Source: a virus (lineage: Duplodnaviria > Caudoviricetes). Taken from it: DNA of 39,717 nt. Location: positions 1 through 39,717 of IMG/VR virus record IMGVR_UViG_3300048670_000777; one strand, written 5' to 3'. The translations under genes were made by a program, and so were the position numbers. Positions within the stretch are counted from its first letter, which is position 1. Every line of letters starts with the position of its first letter. Positions 9,568 to 19,100 of this stretch are shown here, piece after piece. The notes beneath the pieces are model-generated. The model saw nothing but the letters and a program-made list of their open reading frames with translations, was not told where the DNA came from and made no database searches.

Positions 9568-10005
9568 ATGGATATTATGAAAATTCGTGAGATGGTAAAA
9601 GATGATCTTCCAATTAATGAAGAAAAACTTGATGTAGAGTCCTTAACAATACCACAAATACATGGCAAATATCTTAACATTTATCAAGATGAAAAGATTG
9701 TACTACATGGTATTAAAATTGAATACCGCAAATTAAAAAAATTAAAGTGGGAATATTATACAGGTAAATTGGATCAAGAAACTCTTAAAAAATATAATTG
9801 GGAACAATTTGATTTAAAAATATTACGTCAAGATATTGATCTGTACCTTGAAGCAGATGATGAATTGATAGCACTAGAAAAGAAACTTTTAATTCAAGAA
9901 GAAAAAGTAGATTATTTACAATCAGTATTAAAGGCATTAAATAATCGTCAATTTCATATTCGTGATGCCATATCTTGGAGAAAGTTCATTAATGGGGTAA
10001 ACTAA
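9568..10005 (+). CDS. uvsY: Recombination mediator UvsY
   Basis: ESLTIPQIHGKYL, KWEYYTGK, YLEADDEL, NNRQFHIRDAISWRKF; sits between gp3 and uvsW. Confidence 0.92.
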   Translation: MDIMKIREMVKDDLPINEEKLDVESLTIPQIHGKYLNIYQDEKIVLHGIKIEYRKLKKLKWEYYTGKLDQETLKKYNWEQFDLKILRQDIDLYLEADDELIALEKKLLIQEEKVDYLQSVLKALNNRQFHIRDAISWRKFINGVN

Positions 10006-10008
10006 ATA
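10001..10008 (+). promoter_or_regulatory. Late-promoter variant ACTAAATA
   Basis: Located 7 nt before the uvsW ATG. Confidence 0.45.
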
Positions 10009-10015
10009 CTATTAG

Positions 10016-11509
10016 ATGTGTGATCTGAAAATATCCAATATTGATTCTGTTTTTATAAAGGTTGATTGTGATGCAGGCTATGCTAAAGAACTATCAGACT
10101 TCTTTACATTCACAGTCCCTGGGCATAAGTTTATGCCCGCATTCAGAAAGAAGATGTGGGATGGAAAGATCAAACTCTTCAATTTTTACAAAAAAGAAAT
10201 CTATGCAGGACTTTATGACTATGTTGTGCAGTTTGCAAAGGATAGATCATATACGGTTGAGGAACCCCAAATTCAACCAAAAACTAGAGTATCTTTTGAA
10301 CAAATACGAGATTATGTATCCCAACTATCACCCTACGCAGCAGGGAAGCCGCTAGAGGCTCACAAGCATCAATTAGAGGCTATTACACACGGTATAAATG
10401 AAGATAGATGTCTTTTACTGTCTCCCACTGCTTCCGGTAAAAGTTTAATAATATATGCACTTTGCAGGTATTATTTAGAAAAAATAAACCCCAAAAAGAA
10501 AATACTAATAATAGTTCCAACTATATCTTTAGTATCTCAAATGTATTCTGATTTTATGGAATATTCCTCCAAATCAAAATGGAAGGCTAGAGATTATTGC
10601 CACAAAATACATGGTGGGCAAGATAAAGAAACCAATAAAAAAATAGTAATATCTACTTGGCAAAGTTTGTATAAAATGCCAAATAAATATTTTGAACAAT
10701 TTGAAGCAGTATTTGGTGATGAATGTCATTTATTTAAATCCAAATCTTTAGCAAGTATTATGACTAAATTAAAAGATTGTCCATATAGAATAGGCACAAC
10801 AGGAACCCTAGACGGTTCTTTTACACATAAACTTGTAATTGAAGGATTATTTGGCAGAGTATACAAAGTTATATCAACTAAAGAATTGATGGAGAAAAAA
10901 ATTCTATCTGGATTATCGATAGATTGCATTGTTCTTGATCATGATGATATTGATAGAAATATAACTAAAAAAATGGCATATGCAGATGAAATTAATTGGC
11001 TAATTTCCTGTAATAAAAGAAATGAATTTATTTGCAAATTAAGTGGATCGTTGAAAGGAAATACCTTAATACTATTTCAATTTGTAGAAAAACACGGAAA
11101 AATATTGTATGAAACAATAAAAACAATGTTTCCAGATAAAAAAGTATATTTTATACATGGACAAACAGATGTTGATATGAGAGAATCTGTTCGAAAATTA
11201 GTAGAAAAATGCGATAGTTGTGTTATAATTGCATCATATGGAACATTTTCTACTGGTGTAAGTATCAGAAGACTAAATAATATTGTATTCTCTTCTCCAT
11301 CCAAGAGTAGAATTAGAGTATTACAAAGTATAGGAAGACAGTTACGTAAATCAGAATTTAAAGATATTGCCAAACTATACGATATTGCTGATGATTTGAA
11401 GTGGAAATCATACGTGAACCATACATTAAAACATTTTAATGAACGAATTAAAATTTATGATTCTGAAAAATTTGATTACAAAATTATAAAAATTCCTTTA
11501 GGAGATTAA
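10016..11509 (+). CDS. uvsW: SF2 DNA helicase UvsW
   Basis: Walker A SPTASGKS, DECH, GTTGT, QSIGRQLR. Confidence 0.96.
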   Translation: MCDLKISNIDSVFIKVDCDAGYAKELSDFFTFTVPGHKFMPAFRKKMWDGKIKLFNFYKKEIYAGLYDYVVQFAKDRSYTVEEPQIQPKTRVSFEQIRDYVSQLSPYAAGKPLEAHKHQLEAITHGINEDRCLLLSPTASGKSLIIYALCRYYLEKINPKKKILIIVPTISLVSQMYSDFMEYSSKSKWKARDYCHKIHGGQDKETNKKIVISTWQSLYKMPNKYFEQFEAVFGDECHLFKSKSLASIMTKLKDCPYRIGTTGTLDGSFTHKLVIEGLFGRVYKVISTKELMEKKILSGLSIDCIVLDHDDIDRNITKKMAYADEINWLISCNKRNEFICKLSGSLKGNTLILFQFVEKHGKILYETIKTMFPDKKVYFIHGQTDVDMRESVRKLVEKCDSCVIIASYGTFSTGVSIRRLNNIVFSSPSKSRIRVLQSIGRQLRKSEFKDIAKLYDIADDLKWKSYVNHTLKHFNERIKIYDSEKFDYKIIKIPLGD

Positions 11510-12121
11510 ATGGAAAATAAATATAAAATAATCAAACTCACTTCGGGTGAATCATTGATTTGCAAAATTAATAAAGTTAAACAAGAAACAATAATATTGG
11601 AAAGACCAATGTTATTCAAATCTATTCAACTTCCAAACAATCCAATTTTTTTAGGCGCAGAAGCCTTACAACTTAAAAATTGGATGGAATTTTCAGAAGA
11701 TAAAACTGTAGAAATTCCAATTAATCACATCACCGCTTTAATGAAAGCGGATTCAATGATTTCACATTGCTATGATATGGAAAAAGAAAAAGAAGACAAT
11801 CCAGAATTAAAACAAAAAGAATTAACTGATTTATTTACACAAATAAAATCAATTAATCAACTTCCTCCTCCTGCTCTCCCACCGACTGATCAAACAGGAA
11901 TTCCTAAAAAATTAAACATAAATTTTAATATTCCTGAAGATATGATTCCCGATGTAATGGGGGCTTTAGGTATCAATATGGGAAATGATGATGAATTTAT
12001 GAATGATGAAGGAATGATTGAAGATGCTCCTGAATTTCCGCCAAATAATCCTAATTCATCAAAAGAAAATTGGGGTAATGACTGGAAAGATTGGCCAGCA
12101 GATCCCCATGACTATATCTAA
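11510..12121 (+). CDS. Conserved T4-like hypothetical protein (Sm-like N-terminal domain)
   Basis: KIIKLTSGESLICKI N-terminus; occupies the usual slot between uvsW and gp55. Confidence 0.6.
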   Translation: MENKYKIIKLTSGESLICKINKVKQETIILERPMLFKSIQLPNNPIFLGAEALQLKNWMEFSEDKTVEIPINHITALMKADSMISHCYDMEKEKEDNPELKQKELTDLFTQIKSINQLPPPALPPTDQTGIPKKLNINFNIPEDMIPDVMGALGINMGNDDEFMNDEGMIEDAPEFPPNNPNSSKENWGNDWKDWPADPHDYI

Positions 12122-12153
12122 TTAGATTTACTCTTTGATGACTTACACAGTCA

Positions 12154-12182
12154 AGTGTAGCTATACAAAATATATAAGTCAA
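12154..12182 (-). promoter_or_regulatory. Putative antisense sigma70-type promoter TTGACT-N17-TACACT
   Basis: Reverse complement of agtcaa (12177-12182) and agtgta (12154-12159), 17-nt spacer. Confidence 0.4.
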
Positions 12183-12190
12183 GTATTTTC

Positions 12191-12218
12191 TTGCTATCTT
12201 TGAGTTTTGTTGTAGAAT
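12191..12218 (+). promoter_or_regulatory. Sigma70-type promoter for gp55, TTGCTA-N16-TAGAAT
   Basis: Intergenic, upstream of the AAGGAG RBS. Confidence 0.55.
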
Positions 12219-12242
12219 ACAAACATAATTAAGGAGTATAAC

Positions 12243-12815
12243 ATGGGACGCAAGAAAAAAGTAATAAAAACAGAAGAACCATCTAAAAAGAAAAAAGTTA
12301 AAGAGCATTATGTAGATAATAAAACCTTTTTTAAAGAAATGGTTGAATGGAAAAAGAAATATAAAGAAGCCCAAGAAATGGATGAGCCAGCTCCCCCTGT
12401 TTCTGAATATATTGCAACATGTTTCTTTCATATAGCAGAAAATCTTGCTAAAAAACCAAACTTTGTAAATTATCCATTTAAAGAAGATATGGTTGGGGAT
12501 GGAATAGAAAATTGTTTGATGTATTGTGGTAATTTTAATCCAAGAAAATCAAAAAATCCATTTTCATATTTTACTCAAATAATTTATTATGCATTTTTGC
12601 GTAAAATTCAAAAAGAAAAGAAACAAAATTATATAAAATATAAATTTTTAGAGTCTCAAGATACCAAAGGAGATTTTTCAGAGTTTTTAAAAATATTAGG
12701 TATTAATGAAGAAGAGAGTGAGATGTATAAGAGAATGTCTGAAGAGAAACAAGAAAAAAGTATAATAAAGAAAAAGAAAAAAAAGAAAAATGCTATTATT
12801 GAGGAAGATGAATGA
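12243..12815 (+). CDS. gp55: Late-transcription sigma factor
   Basis: HYVDNKTF, PNFVNYPFKEDMVGDGIENCL, NPFSYFTQIIYYAFLRKIQKEKKQ. Confidence 0.96.
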   Translation: MGRKKKVIKTEEPSKKKKVKEHYVDNKTFFKEMVEWKKKYKEAQEMDEPAPPVSEYIATCFFHIAENLAKKPNFVNYPFKEDMVGDGIENCLMYCGNFNPRKSKNPFSYFTQIIYYAFLRKIQKEKKQNYIKYKFLESQDTKGDFSEFLKILGINEEESEMYKRMSEEKQEKSIIKKKKKKKNAIIEEDE

Positions 12816-13855
12816 GTAAGATTGCATTTATTACTGATACGCATTTTGGGGCTAGAAATGATTCTCCTTTATTTGTAGAATATTTTCTGTCCTTTTTAGA
12901 AGGACAATTTTTCCCCTATTTAAAAGCAAATAATATAAAAACAGTCATCCATCTTGGCGATCTTATGGATCGTAGAAAGTATGTAAATTTTTATGTTCTT
13001 TCTCAAGTAAAATCCAAATTTATGGATTATTTGAGAAAAAATAATATTGATTTTCATTGTATAGTTGGTAATCATGATACTTTTTTTAAAAATACAAATG
13101 ATCTAAATTCAATCAATGAGTTATTTGGTGAAAATGGAATTTATATCTATGATAAGCCCGTGTGCAAAACAATTGAAGGATTTGATTTTGCTATTGTTCC
13201 TTGGATCAATAAAGAAAACGAAAAGGAATGTTTAGATTTTATAAAAACTGCAAGAGCATCCGTATGTTTAGGTCATTTTGAATTATATGGATATGAAATT
13301 ATGCGAGGCATACCCCACGAAGATGGTATGGATCCAGATCTACTTGCGCGATATGAAATGGTTTTGAGCGGGCATTTTCACGTTAAACACAGTAAAGATA
13401 ATGTTCATTATTTGGGAACACCATATCAAATAACATTTAATGATCTGGGTCAAAAAAAGGGATTCTATATCTTTGATACAGAAACCAGAAACTTAGAATT
13501 TATTGAAAATGAAAGAAAACTATTCTACACATTAACGTATAATGATGTGGATTTTGATATGTTAAGTTTAGATTTTGAACGATATAGAAATTGTTTTATT
13601 AGAGTTTATATTCAAAAGAAAAAGAGTCAAAAATTATTTGACCAATATTTAGAAAAATTAAATTCTGTAGAAGTTTCAGAACTTAATATCATTGATATGC
13701 CAACACAAACTACGGAGGAAAACGTTGACATTGATACAACAAAGGATACACTGACCATCATCAGCGATGAGATTGATCGTATGGAAGAAGTACCTAATAA
13801 AAATAAATTAAAAACTATTATTCATAATTTGTATTTGGAGAGCCTTTCCCAATGA
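12812..13855 (+). CDS. gp47: Recombination endonuclease subunit (Mre11/SbcD-like)
   Basis: DTHFG, HLGD, GNHD, GHFH metallophosphoesterase motifs. Confidence 0.96.
   Translation: MSKIAFITDTHFGARNDSPLFVEYFLSFLEGQFFPYLKANNIKTVIHLGDLMDRRKYVNFYVLSQVKSKFMDYLRKNNIDFHCIVGNHDTFFKNTNDLNSINELFGENGIYIYDKPVCKTIEGFDFAIVPWINKENEKECLDFIKTARASVCLGHFELYGYEIMRGIPHEDGMDPDLLARYEMVLSGHFHVKHSKDNVHYLGTPYQITFNDLGQKKGFYIFDTETRNLEFIENERKLFYTLTYNDVDFDMLSLDFERYRNCFIRVYIQKKKSQKLFDQYLEKLNSVEVSELNIIDMPTQTTEENVDIDTTKDTLTIISDEIDRMEEVPNKNKLKTIIHNLYLESLSQ
13725..13752 (+). promoter_or_regulatory. Internal sigma70-type promoter TTGACA-N16-TACACT
   Basis: Inside the 3' end of gp47, about 100 nt upstream of the glycosylase gene. 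Confidence 0.5.
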
Positions 13856-14472
13856 ATATTTTTGCAGTTCACAATAATCCTATAATTTCTGCAACACAAC
13901 TTTGTGATAAGCATGTTGTAAAAATGATCGTAGAGAGTTGTCAGTTGCTCTCTACCGCACACAGAATTCTTGATGGATATCAGACTACTGTTCCAAATAA
14001 AAATGGAAAACCACGTAAAGTATACAAACTTAGAGATCCAGAAATGGAATCAAAATTGTGTAAATTTGTAATGCCAAACCATCCCTGTGCTATTTGGACT
14101 AGAGAATCTACTTCAAATTATATGTGGTTGGCAAAACATACTCTTGGTCTTTGTAGCGAATATACTACTCGGTATGGCAAAGTCCATTCTATGGAACCTC
14201 TAGCAATGCTACTACATGAGAGACTTCCAGAAAATATTCCTATTGATGTTCTTACTGAATTTGTTCAGGCCATGCCAACACAATATAAAATGCCAAATCC
14301 TATTCTAGGGTATCGTTATTATTATTGTTATGAAAAATCTAGATTTGCTACTTGGAAGAGTATAAAGCGACCAGATTGGTATGTAAATCTTTCAAATCTT
14401 AAAGAACATGTTAAAACTAGTTCAATTGATGTTGAGCTGAATGCTCCATCGTTTGTTAAAACAGATTTATAA
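13852..14472 (+). CDS. denV: Pyrimidine-dimer DNA glycosylase / endonuclease V family protein
   Basis: MNIF...CDKHVVKMIVESCQLLSTAH, NHPCAIW, EYTTRYGKVH. Confidence 0.8.
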   Translation: MNIFAVHNNPIISATQLCDKHVVKMIVESCQLLSTAHRILDGYQTTVPNKNGKPRKVYKLRDPEMESKLCKFVMPNHPCAIWTRESTSNYMWLAKHTLGLCSEYTTRYGKVHSMEPLAMLLHERLPENIPIDVLTEFVQAMPTQYKMPNPILGYRYYYCYEKSRFATWKSIKRPDWYVNLSNLKEHVKTSSIDVELNAPSFVKTDL

Positions 14473-14475
14473 ATA
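14468..14475 (+). promoter_or_regulatory. T4-type late promoter TATAAATA
   Basis: Exact consensus overlapping the denV stop, 8 nt before the ATG at 14484. Confidence 0.7.
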
Positions 14476-14483
14476 CTATTACT

Positions 14484-14975
14484 ATGTACGATAAAAATAT
14501 ATTTAGACAATATCAAGAAATAAAAGAAGAAAATACTCAAATAATATTTGAAGAAACTGGTATTGTTTTAAATGTAAAATGTCCAGAATCTATTTATGAA
14601 GAAATATTAAATGTTTTTGATGAAGAATATTTAACATATTTAGAAACAAATTCTGGCATTATTCTTGAGCATAATTTAGACGAAATTGTTGAAATTTTGT
14701 CAGATTATGATATATTTTTTTCATTAACTGAAGCCGCTCCTGTTAGAAAGATGGTTGTAAGGGGAGGAAGAAGAAAGATTGTCTTTAGATGTCCTCCTGG
14801 ACAGAAAAAAATAAAAAGAAGATGTGTCCGTAGACCTGCTGCAGAATTGGCAAGAGTTAAACGTGGGGCAAGAAAGGCAGCAAGAAAAGCAAAGGGGAAA
14901 AAATCAAGAGCAAATCGTCGCAGAAAAATTTCTTTAAAAAGAAGAATTGGTTTACCTAAAAAACACCACAAATAA
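14484..14975 (+). CDS. Prohead core protein, gp68-like (acidic N-half, very basic C-half)
   Basis: C-terminus ARKAARKAKGKKSRANRRRKISLKRRIGL resembles the T4 gp68 tail as recalled; LTE site between the halves; own late promoter. Confidence 0.6.
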   Translation: MYDKNIFRQYQEIKEENTQIIFEETGIVLNVKCPESIYEEILNVFDEEYLTYLETNSGIILEHNLDEIVEILSDYDIFFSLTEAAPVRKMVVRGGRRKIVFRCPPGQKKIKRRCVRRPAAELARVKRGARKAARKAKGKKSRANRRRKISLKRRIGLPKKHHK

Positions 14976-14978
14976 ATT

Positions 14979-16706
14979 ATGTTGATATTAAAAAAGATAC
15001 GCTGGAAAAATTTCCTTAGTACAGGAAATAGTTTTACTGAAATTATAATAAACAAACGTAAAAGCACACTCATAAGTGGTGCTAATGGATCAGGCAAAAC
15101 TACTTTGCTTGATGCTTTAGTATTTGGTTTATTTGGAAAACCATATAGAAATATTAATATTCCACAATTAGTTAATAGTATCAATAAAAAAGACTGTGTA
15201 GTTGAGATTGAGTTTTCTATTGGTGGAATTGATTACAAGGTTATACGCACTCTTGCTCCAAAAACATTAGAAATTTATAAACAAGGTAAACTTATAGATC
15301 AAGATTCTAAAGCAAAGGATTATCAAAAGATGTTTGAAGAAAATATCTTAAAGATGACCTATAAAGCATTCTGTCAAGTAATTGTTCTTGGATCAACTAA
15401 CTATGTTCCTTTCATGGCACTGACTGCATCTGAAAGGCGTGAAATTGTAGAAGCCCTTCTAGATATTGATGTGTTTTCTATGATGAATGTTCTTCTTAAG
15501 GGTAAGATCTCTGAAAATAAAGAAGAATTAAAAGATATTCAACATAAGTTAGATATTCTTAAAGAACGAGCAGATGCTCAAACAAACCATATCAAAGTTC
15601 TCAAAGAGAAGAGCAAGTCTTCTATTGATAAGTATCAAGAAGAAATAGAACAATCAAATATACAAAATATTGAATTAGAAAATGAAGTTTCAGATCTTAT
15701 GGCACAGATAACATCTTTACTTGATAAACTAAAAGGTCAAGATGAATCTTTGTCTGAATATTCTATAAATGAAACTGCAATAAAAACAGATAAAATTGGC
15801 ATGGGTAAGATTGATAAAGAAATACAATTTTACCATAATAACGATAAGTGCCCAAGTTGTTCCCAAATTATTTCTTCAGATTTAAAGAATGAAAAAATTC
15901 ATGAATGCAATCTTAATAAATCTGAAATAGAAAAAGAAATAGAAAACAAAAGAAAAATAAACGAAGCTTTATCAAAGAAGATAGAACAATATTCTCAAAT
16001 TGATTCTAAGATAGAGAAAATTCAAGATAAAGTGAAAGAAATTAAAGCACACATTTCTTCAAATAATCAGTATATAAAAAAGATAAATAAACAAATATCT
16101 GATCTTCAAACTGAATCAAATAGTATGGATTTAGAGAATGAGACTCTTCAGACTATAATTGAAGAGGGTAAAAAACATTCTGGTGATAAGAAAGAATTAG
16201 AAGAAAATTCTCAATATTATGCTATGGCTGCAATGATACTCAAAGACTCTGGTATTAAAAGCAAAATTATAAAATATTATTTACCAATTATGAACAAGAT
16301 TATCAACCAATACCTTGATCATATGAGTTTCTTTGTTCATTTTGAATTAGATGAATCTTTTACAGAAACAATTAAGAGTAGGCATAGAGATGTGTTTACC
16401 TATGCAAGTTTTAGTGAAGGTGAAAAAAGAAAGATTGATTTGGCTCTTCTATTTGCATGGAGAGAAATAGCAAAATTAAAGAATTCTTTAAATTGTAATT
16501 TACTTATTTTTGATGAAGTGTTGGATGGTAGTCTAGATGATATTGCTACTGATTCTTTTTTAAGTATTATAAATTCTAAATTTTTTAAGAAAGATACCAA
16601 TATATTTGTTATATCACATAAACCAAAGGATACTCTACAAGATAAATTTAAGGGACATTTAACCTTTGTGAAGAAAAATAACTTTAGTAGACTTGACATT
16701 CCGTAA
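14979..16706 (+). CDS. gp46: Recombination ATPase subunit (Rad50/SbcC-like)
   Basis: WKNFLSTG, GANGSGKT, CPSC zinc hook, FSEGE signature, LIFDE. Confidence 0.97.
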   Translation: MLILKKIRWKNFLSTGNSFTEIIINKRKSTLISGANGSGKTTLLDALVFGLFGKPYRNINIPQLVNSINKKDCVVEIEFSIGGIDYKVIRTLAPKTLEIYKQGKLIDQDSKAKDYQKMFEENILKMTYKAFCQVIVLGSTNYVPFMALTASERREIVEALLDIDVFSMMNVLLKGKISENKEELKDIQHKLDILKERADAQTNHIKVLKEKSKSSIDKYQEEIEQSNIQNIELENEVSDLMAQITSLLDKLKGQDESLSEYSINETAIKTDKIGMGKIDKEIQFYHNNDKCPSCSQIISSDLKNEKIHECNLNKSEIEKEIENKRKINEALSKKIEQYSQIDSKIEKIQDKVKEIKAHISSNNQYIKKINKQISDLQTESNSMDLENETLQTIIEEGKKHSGDKKELEENSQYYAMAAMILKDSGIKSKIIKYYLPIMNKIINQYLDHMSFFVHFELDESFTETIKSRHRDVFTYASFSEGEKRKIDLALLFAWREIAKLKNSLNCNLLIFDEVLDGSLDDIATDSFLSIINSKFFKKDTNIFVISHKPKDTLQDKFKGHLTFVKKNNFSRLDIP

Positions 16707-16721
16707 TCGTGCATATATATT
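16693..16721 (+). promoter_or_regulatory. Sigma70-type promoter TTGACA-N17-TATATT
   Basis: Predicted start site falls at about the ATG at 16728. Confidence 0.6.
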
Positions 16722-16727
16722 GGTTGT

Positions 16728-17834
16728 ATGGCTAAGAGAATCCAAAAAGGCGACAGCGTTGAATCTATTGTTATGGGTGATGAGCCTCTGTGGAATACTA
16801 ATATTCCGCTGACGGATGAATATCTTTCTGGTTATATCATCAAGCATACTAATTGGTGTAATTACCATTGGGATCAGAGAGATTACCGAAAGGCAGTCAT
16901 TGAATATTTAAAGAGTAAGAAGAATAAAAATCTCTTTAATAGTATTGGCAAAAAGAGTTCTGATAATTTTGCATTCCGTGAAATTGGCAATCTATGCCGA
17001 ATGTTGACTTTGGGTTGTCCATTATCCGACAAACTGCTTTCCTTTATCAATAGCAAACTGAAGGAACTGAATTCTACAAACGATGTTATTGAAACAGAAA
17101 CAGAACAAGTAGAAAAAGTAGACATTCAGCAGAGAATTAAGGATAAGACAAAAGATCTTATCGATATTATTGAAGAAAAGGTAGACCATTTTGTGGAATC
17201 TCTGTGCGAAGATCGGCCTTATTATTTTCAACCACTTTCTTGGTTGGTTAATATTGGTGTAAAGCCTGTACACACACAAGAAATTATTAAACTCTTTACT
17301 CCCCGTAAAGAGGAATTGGAGAAGGCTTTAAACGGCGATAAGGAGCTCATGGAAGGATACTCCTTCTTGGGAAGGGCCAAGACTCGCAAGTATTTGGAAT
17401 TCAATACAGACATTCTAGCGGCCTGCAATACGATTGCAGAAAATAAGCGCAAACCCAGAAAGAAGAAGAAAGTTTCTCCAGAAAAACTTGTTTCTAAACT
17501 AAAGTATATGGTAGAAGACCCATCTACTAAAATTAAGTCAATTGATCCTAGAAAGATCATTTTTGCAAATATTTTATTAACTTATAACACAAAAACTAGG
17601 AAAGCTTGTTTTTTTAGTTCAAAATCGGGGTTGAGTATTAAGGGTAGTTCAATTATTGGTTTTGATGAAGCAGAATCTTCTTTAAAGTCCTTAAAGAAGG
17701 AAAGTTATATTTTTGACTTGACAAAACAAAATAAAGACGTATCATCTGTCTATAAATCTATAAAATCTAAGGAGAAGCCTGTAAAAAATAGACTAAATAC
17801 TGATGTGCTATTGTTGCAGGCAATTAAATTATGA
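16728..17834 (+). CDS. Conserved T4-like hypothetical protein
   Basis: 368-aa ORF; C-terminal KPRKKK...LKY...SIDP...YNTKTRK...GLSIKGSSI resembles a family commonly found near RNase H. Confidence 0.65.
   Translation: MAKRIQKGDSVESIVMGDEPLWNTNIPLTDEYLSGYIIKHTNWCNYHWDQRDYRKAVIEYLKSKKNKNLFNSIGKKSSDNFAFREIGNLCRMLTLGCPLSDKLLSFINSKLKELNSTNDVIETETEQVEKVDIQQRIKDKTKDLIDIIEEKVDHFVESLCEDRPYYFQPLSWLVNIGVKPVHTQEIIKLFTPRKEELEKALNGDKELMEGYSFLGRAKTRKYLEFNTDILAACNTIAENKRKPRKKKKVSPEKLVSKLKYMVEDPSTKIKSIDPRKIIFANILLTYNTKTRKACFFSSKSGLSIKGSSIIGFDEAESSLKSLKKESYIFDLTKQNKDVSSVYKSIKSKEKPVKNRLNTDVLLLQAIKL
17718..17745 (+). promoter_or_regulatory. Internal sigma70-type promoter TTGACA-N16-TATCAT
   Basis: About 85 nt upstream of the RNase H start. 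Confidence 0.5.
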
Positions 17835-18667
17835 TCCTAATTGATAATTCACAATTGTTTTTTTCTTCATATTTTTCGCATGGTCATGCAACCGGAGAAG
17901 TAAATGACAATCTTGTGCGACACACTCTACTCTCTCAATACGCCAGAATTAACGATAAATATCGTTCTAAGTTTGGTGATATTGTTATTTGCAATGATGC
18001 TGATAATTATTGGAGAAAAGAGATATATCCGGGATATAAACAACAAAGAAAAGAACAAAAAGAAAAAAACACAGATGTAGATTGGAAGCATCTATATGAA
18101 ACCTTTGATCGTATAAGAGAAGAAATTAAAAACAATCTTCCATATAAATCGATTAGAGTTGCTAGATGTGAAGCAGATGATACCATGTATGTTCTGTGTA
18201 AGCATTATTCTCATAAAGAAAAAATGCTTATTGTATCATCTGATAAAGATATGATTCAACTTATGAAATTTAAAAATGTTTCTATCTATTCTCCAAAAAC
18301 AGATAGCATCATTAAAGCAATTGGAAATTTAGATCATTTGCTATTTACCCATATACTCAGGGGTGATATTTCAGATAATATTCCAAATGTATTAACAGAT
18401 ACTGATGTTTTCCTTTCTAAAAAAGAAAGGCAAAAGCCAATGACAGCAAAACGTATTGTGGAATTTACCGAGAATTCTTCGTTGATTAATGAAAAAAATT
18501 TGAATAGAAATAGAAATTTAATTGATTTATCTTATATTCCAGAAGAATATGAAAACAATATTCTTAAAAAATTTAAAGAAACAATTCCAGCAAGTAGGCA
18601 AAATATTTTTGACTATTTGGTTTCTAATAAAATGAAACTGCTCTTAGAGAGCGTAGAAAGTTTTTAA
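17831..18667 (+). CDS. rnh: T4-type RNase H (5'-3' exonuclease, FEN family)
   Basis: ILID, YWRKEIYPGYK, EADD, SSDKD, GDISDNIP. Confidence 0.94.
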   Translation: MILIDNSQLFFSSYFSHGHATGEVNDNLVRHTLLSQYARINDKYRSKFGDIVICNDADNYWRKEIYPGYKQQRKEQKEKNTDVDWKHLYETFDRIREEIKNNLPYKSIRVARCEADDTMYVLCKHYSHKEKMLIVSSDKDMIQLMKFKNVSIYSPKTDSIIKAIGNLDHLLFTHILRGDISDNIPNVLTDTDVFLSKKERQKPMTAKRIVEFTENSSLINEKNLNRNRNLIDLSYIPEEYENNILKKFKETIPASRQNIFDYLVSNKMKLLLESVESF

Positions 18668-18668
18668 C

Positions 18669-19100
18669 ATGAAATATATTACAAGATTGTATTCAGAAGT
18701 TTTAAATGAAATTAGACAAACTAAAACAGAAGAGCAAAAAATTGAACTTCTTAGAGAAAACAAGACAGAAGGATTGATTAAAATATTTCAATTGGGATTT
18801 GGTAAATTAAATACACCATATAGAAATGGTGTACCCGCATATAAGCCAGATGATTCCCCATATGGATTTTCTTATACAACTTTGCAAAAAGAATTGCATA
18901 GATTACCATATTTTTATGAAACTAAATTACTAATTCAAAACGAAAGACTAAGAAATCAAAAATTAAAAAATATGCTAGAAATGCTTCATTTTTCTGAAGC
19001 ATCTTTATTGGAAAATATTTTAACACAAAAAATGGATATTTATATTGATAAAAACATTGTTTTGAAAGCATTTCCAGAATTAGAAAAGGATATTCTATGA
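18669..19100 (+). CDS. Conserved T4-like hypothetical protein (DUF6433-like)
   Basis: SEVL...KTEEQKIELLRE...PAYKP...LEMLHFSEA...KAFP; downstream of rnh. Confidence 0.6.
   Translation: MKYITRLYSEVLNEIRQTKTEEQKIELLRENKTEGLIKIFQLGFGKLNTPYRNGVPAYKPDDSPYGFSYTTLQKELHRLPYFYETKLLIQNERLRNQKLKNMLEMLHFSEASLLENILTQKMDIYIDKNIVLKAFPELEKDIL

Noticed and set aside
14705-15184. 159-aa minus-strand ORF and the other minus-strand ORFs (e.g. 24976-25509, 12051-12431)
   Set aside because: All overlap well-supported + strand genes and have antisense-shadow composition.
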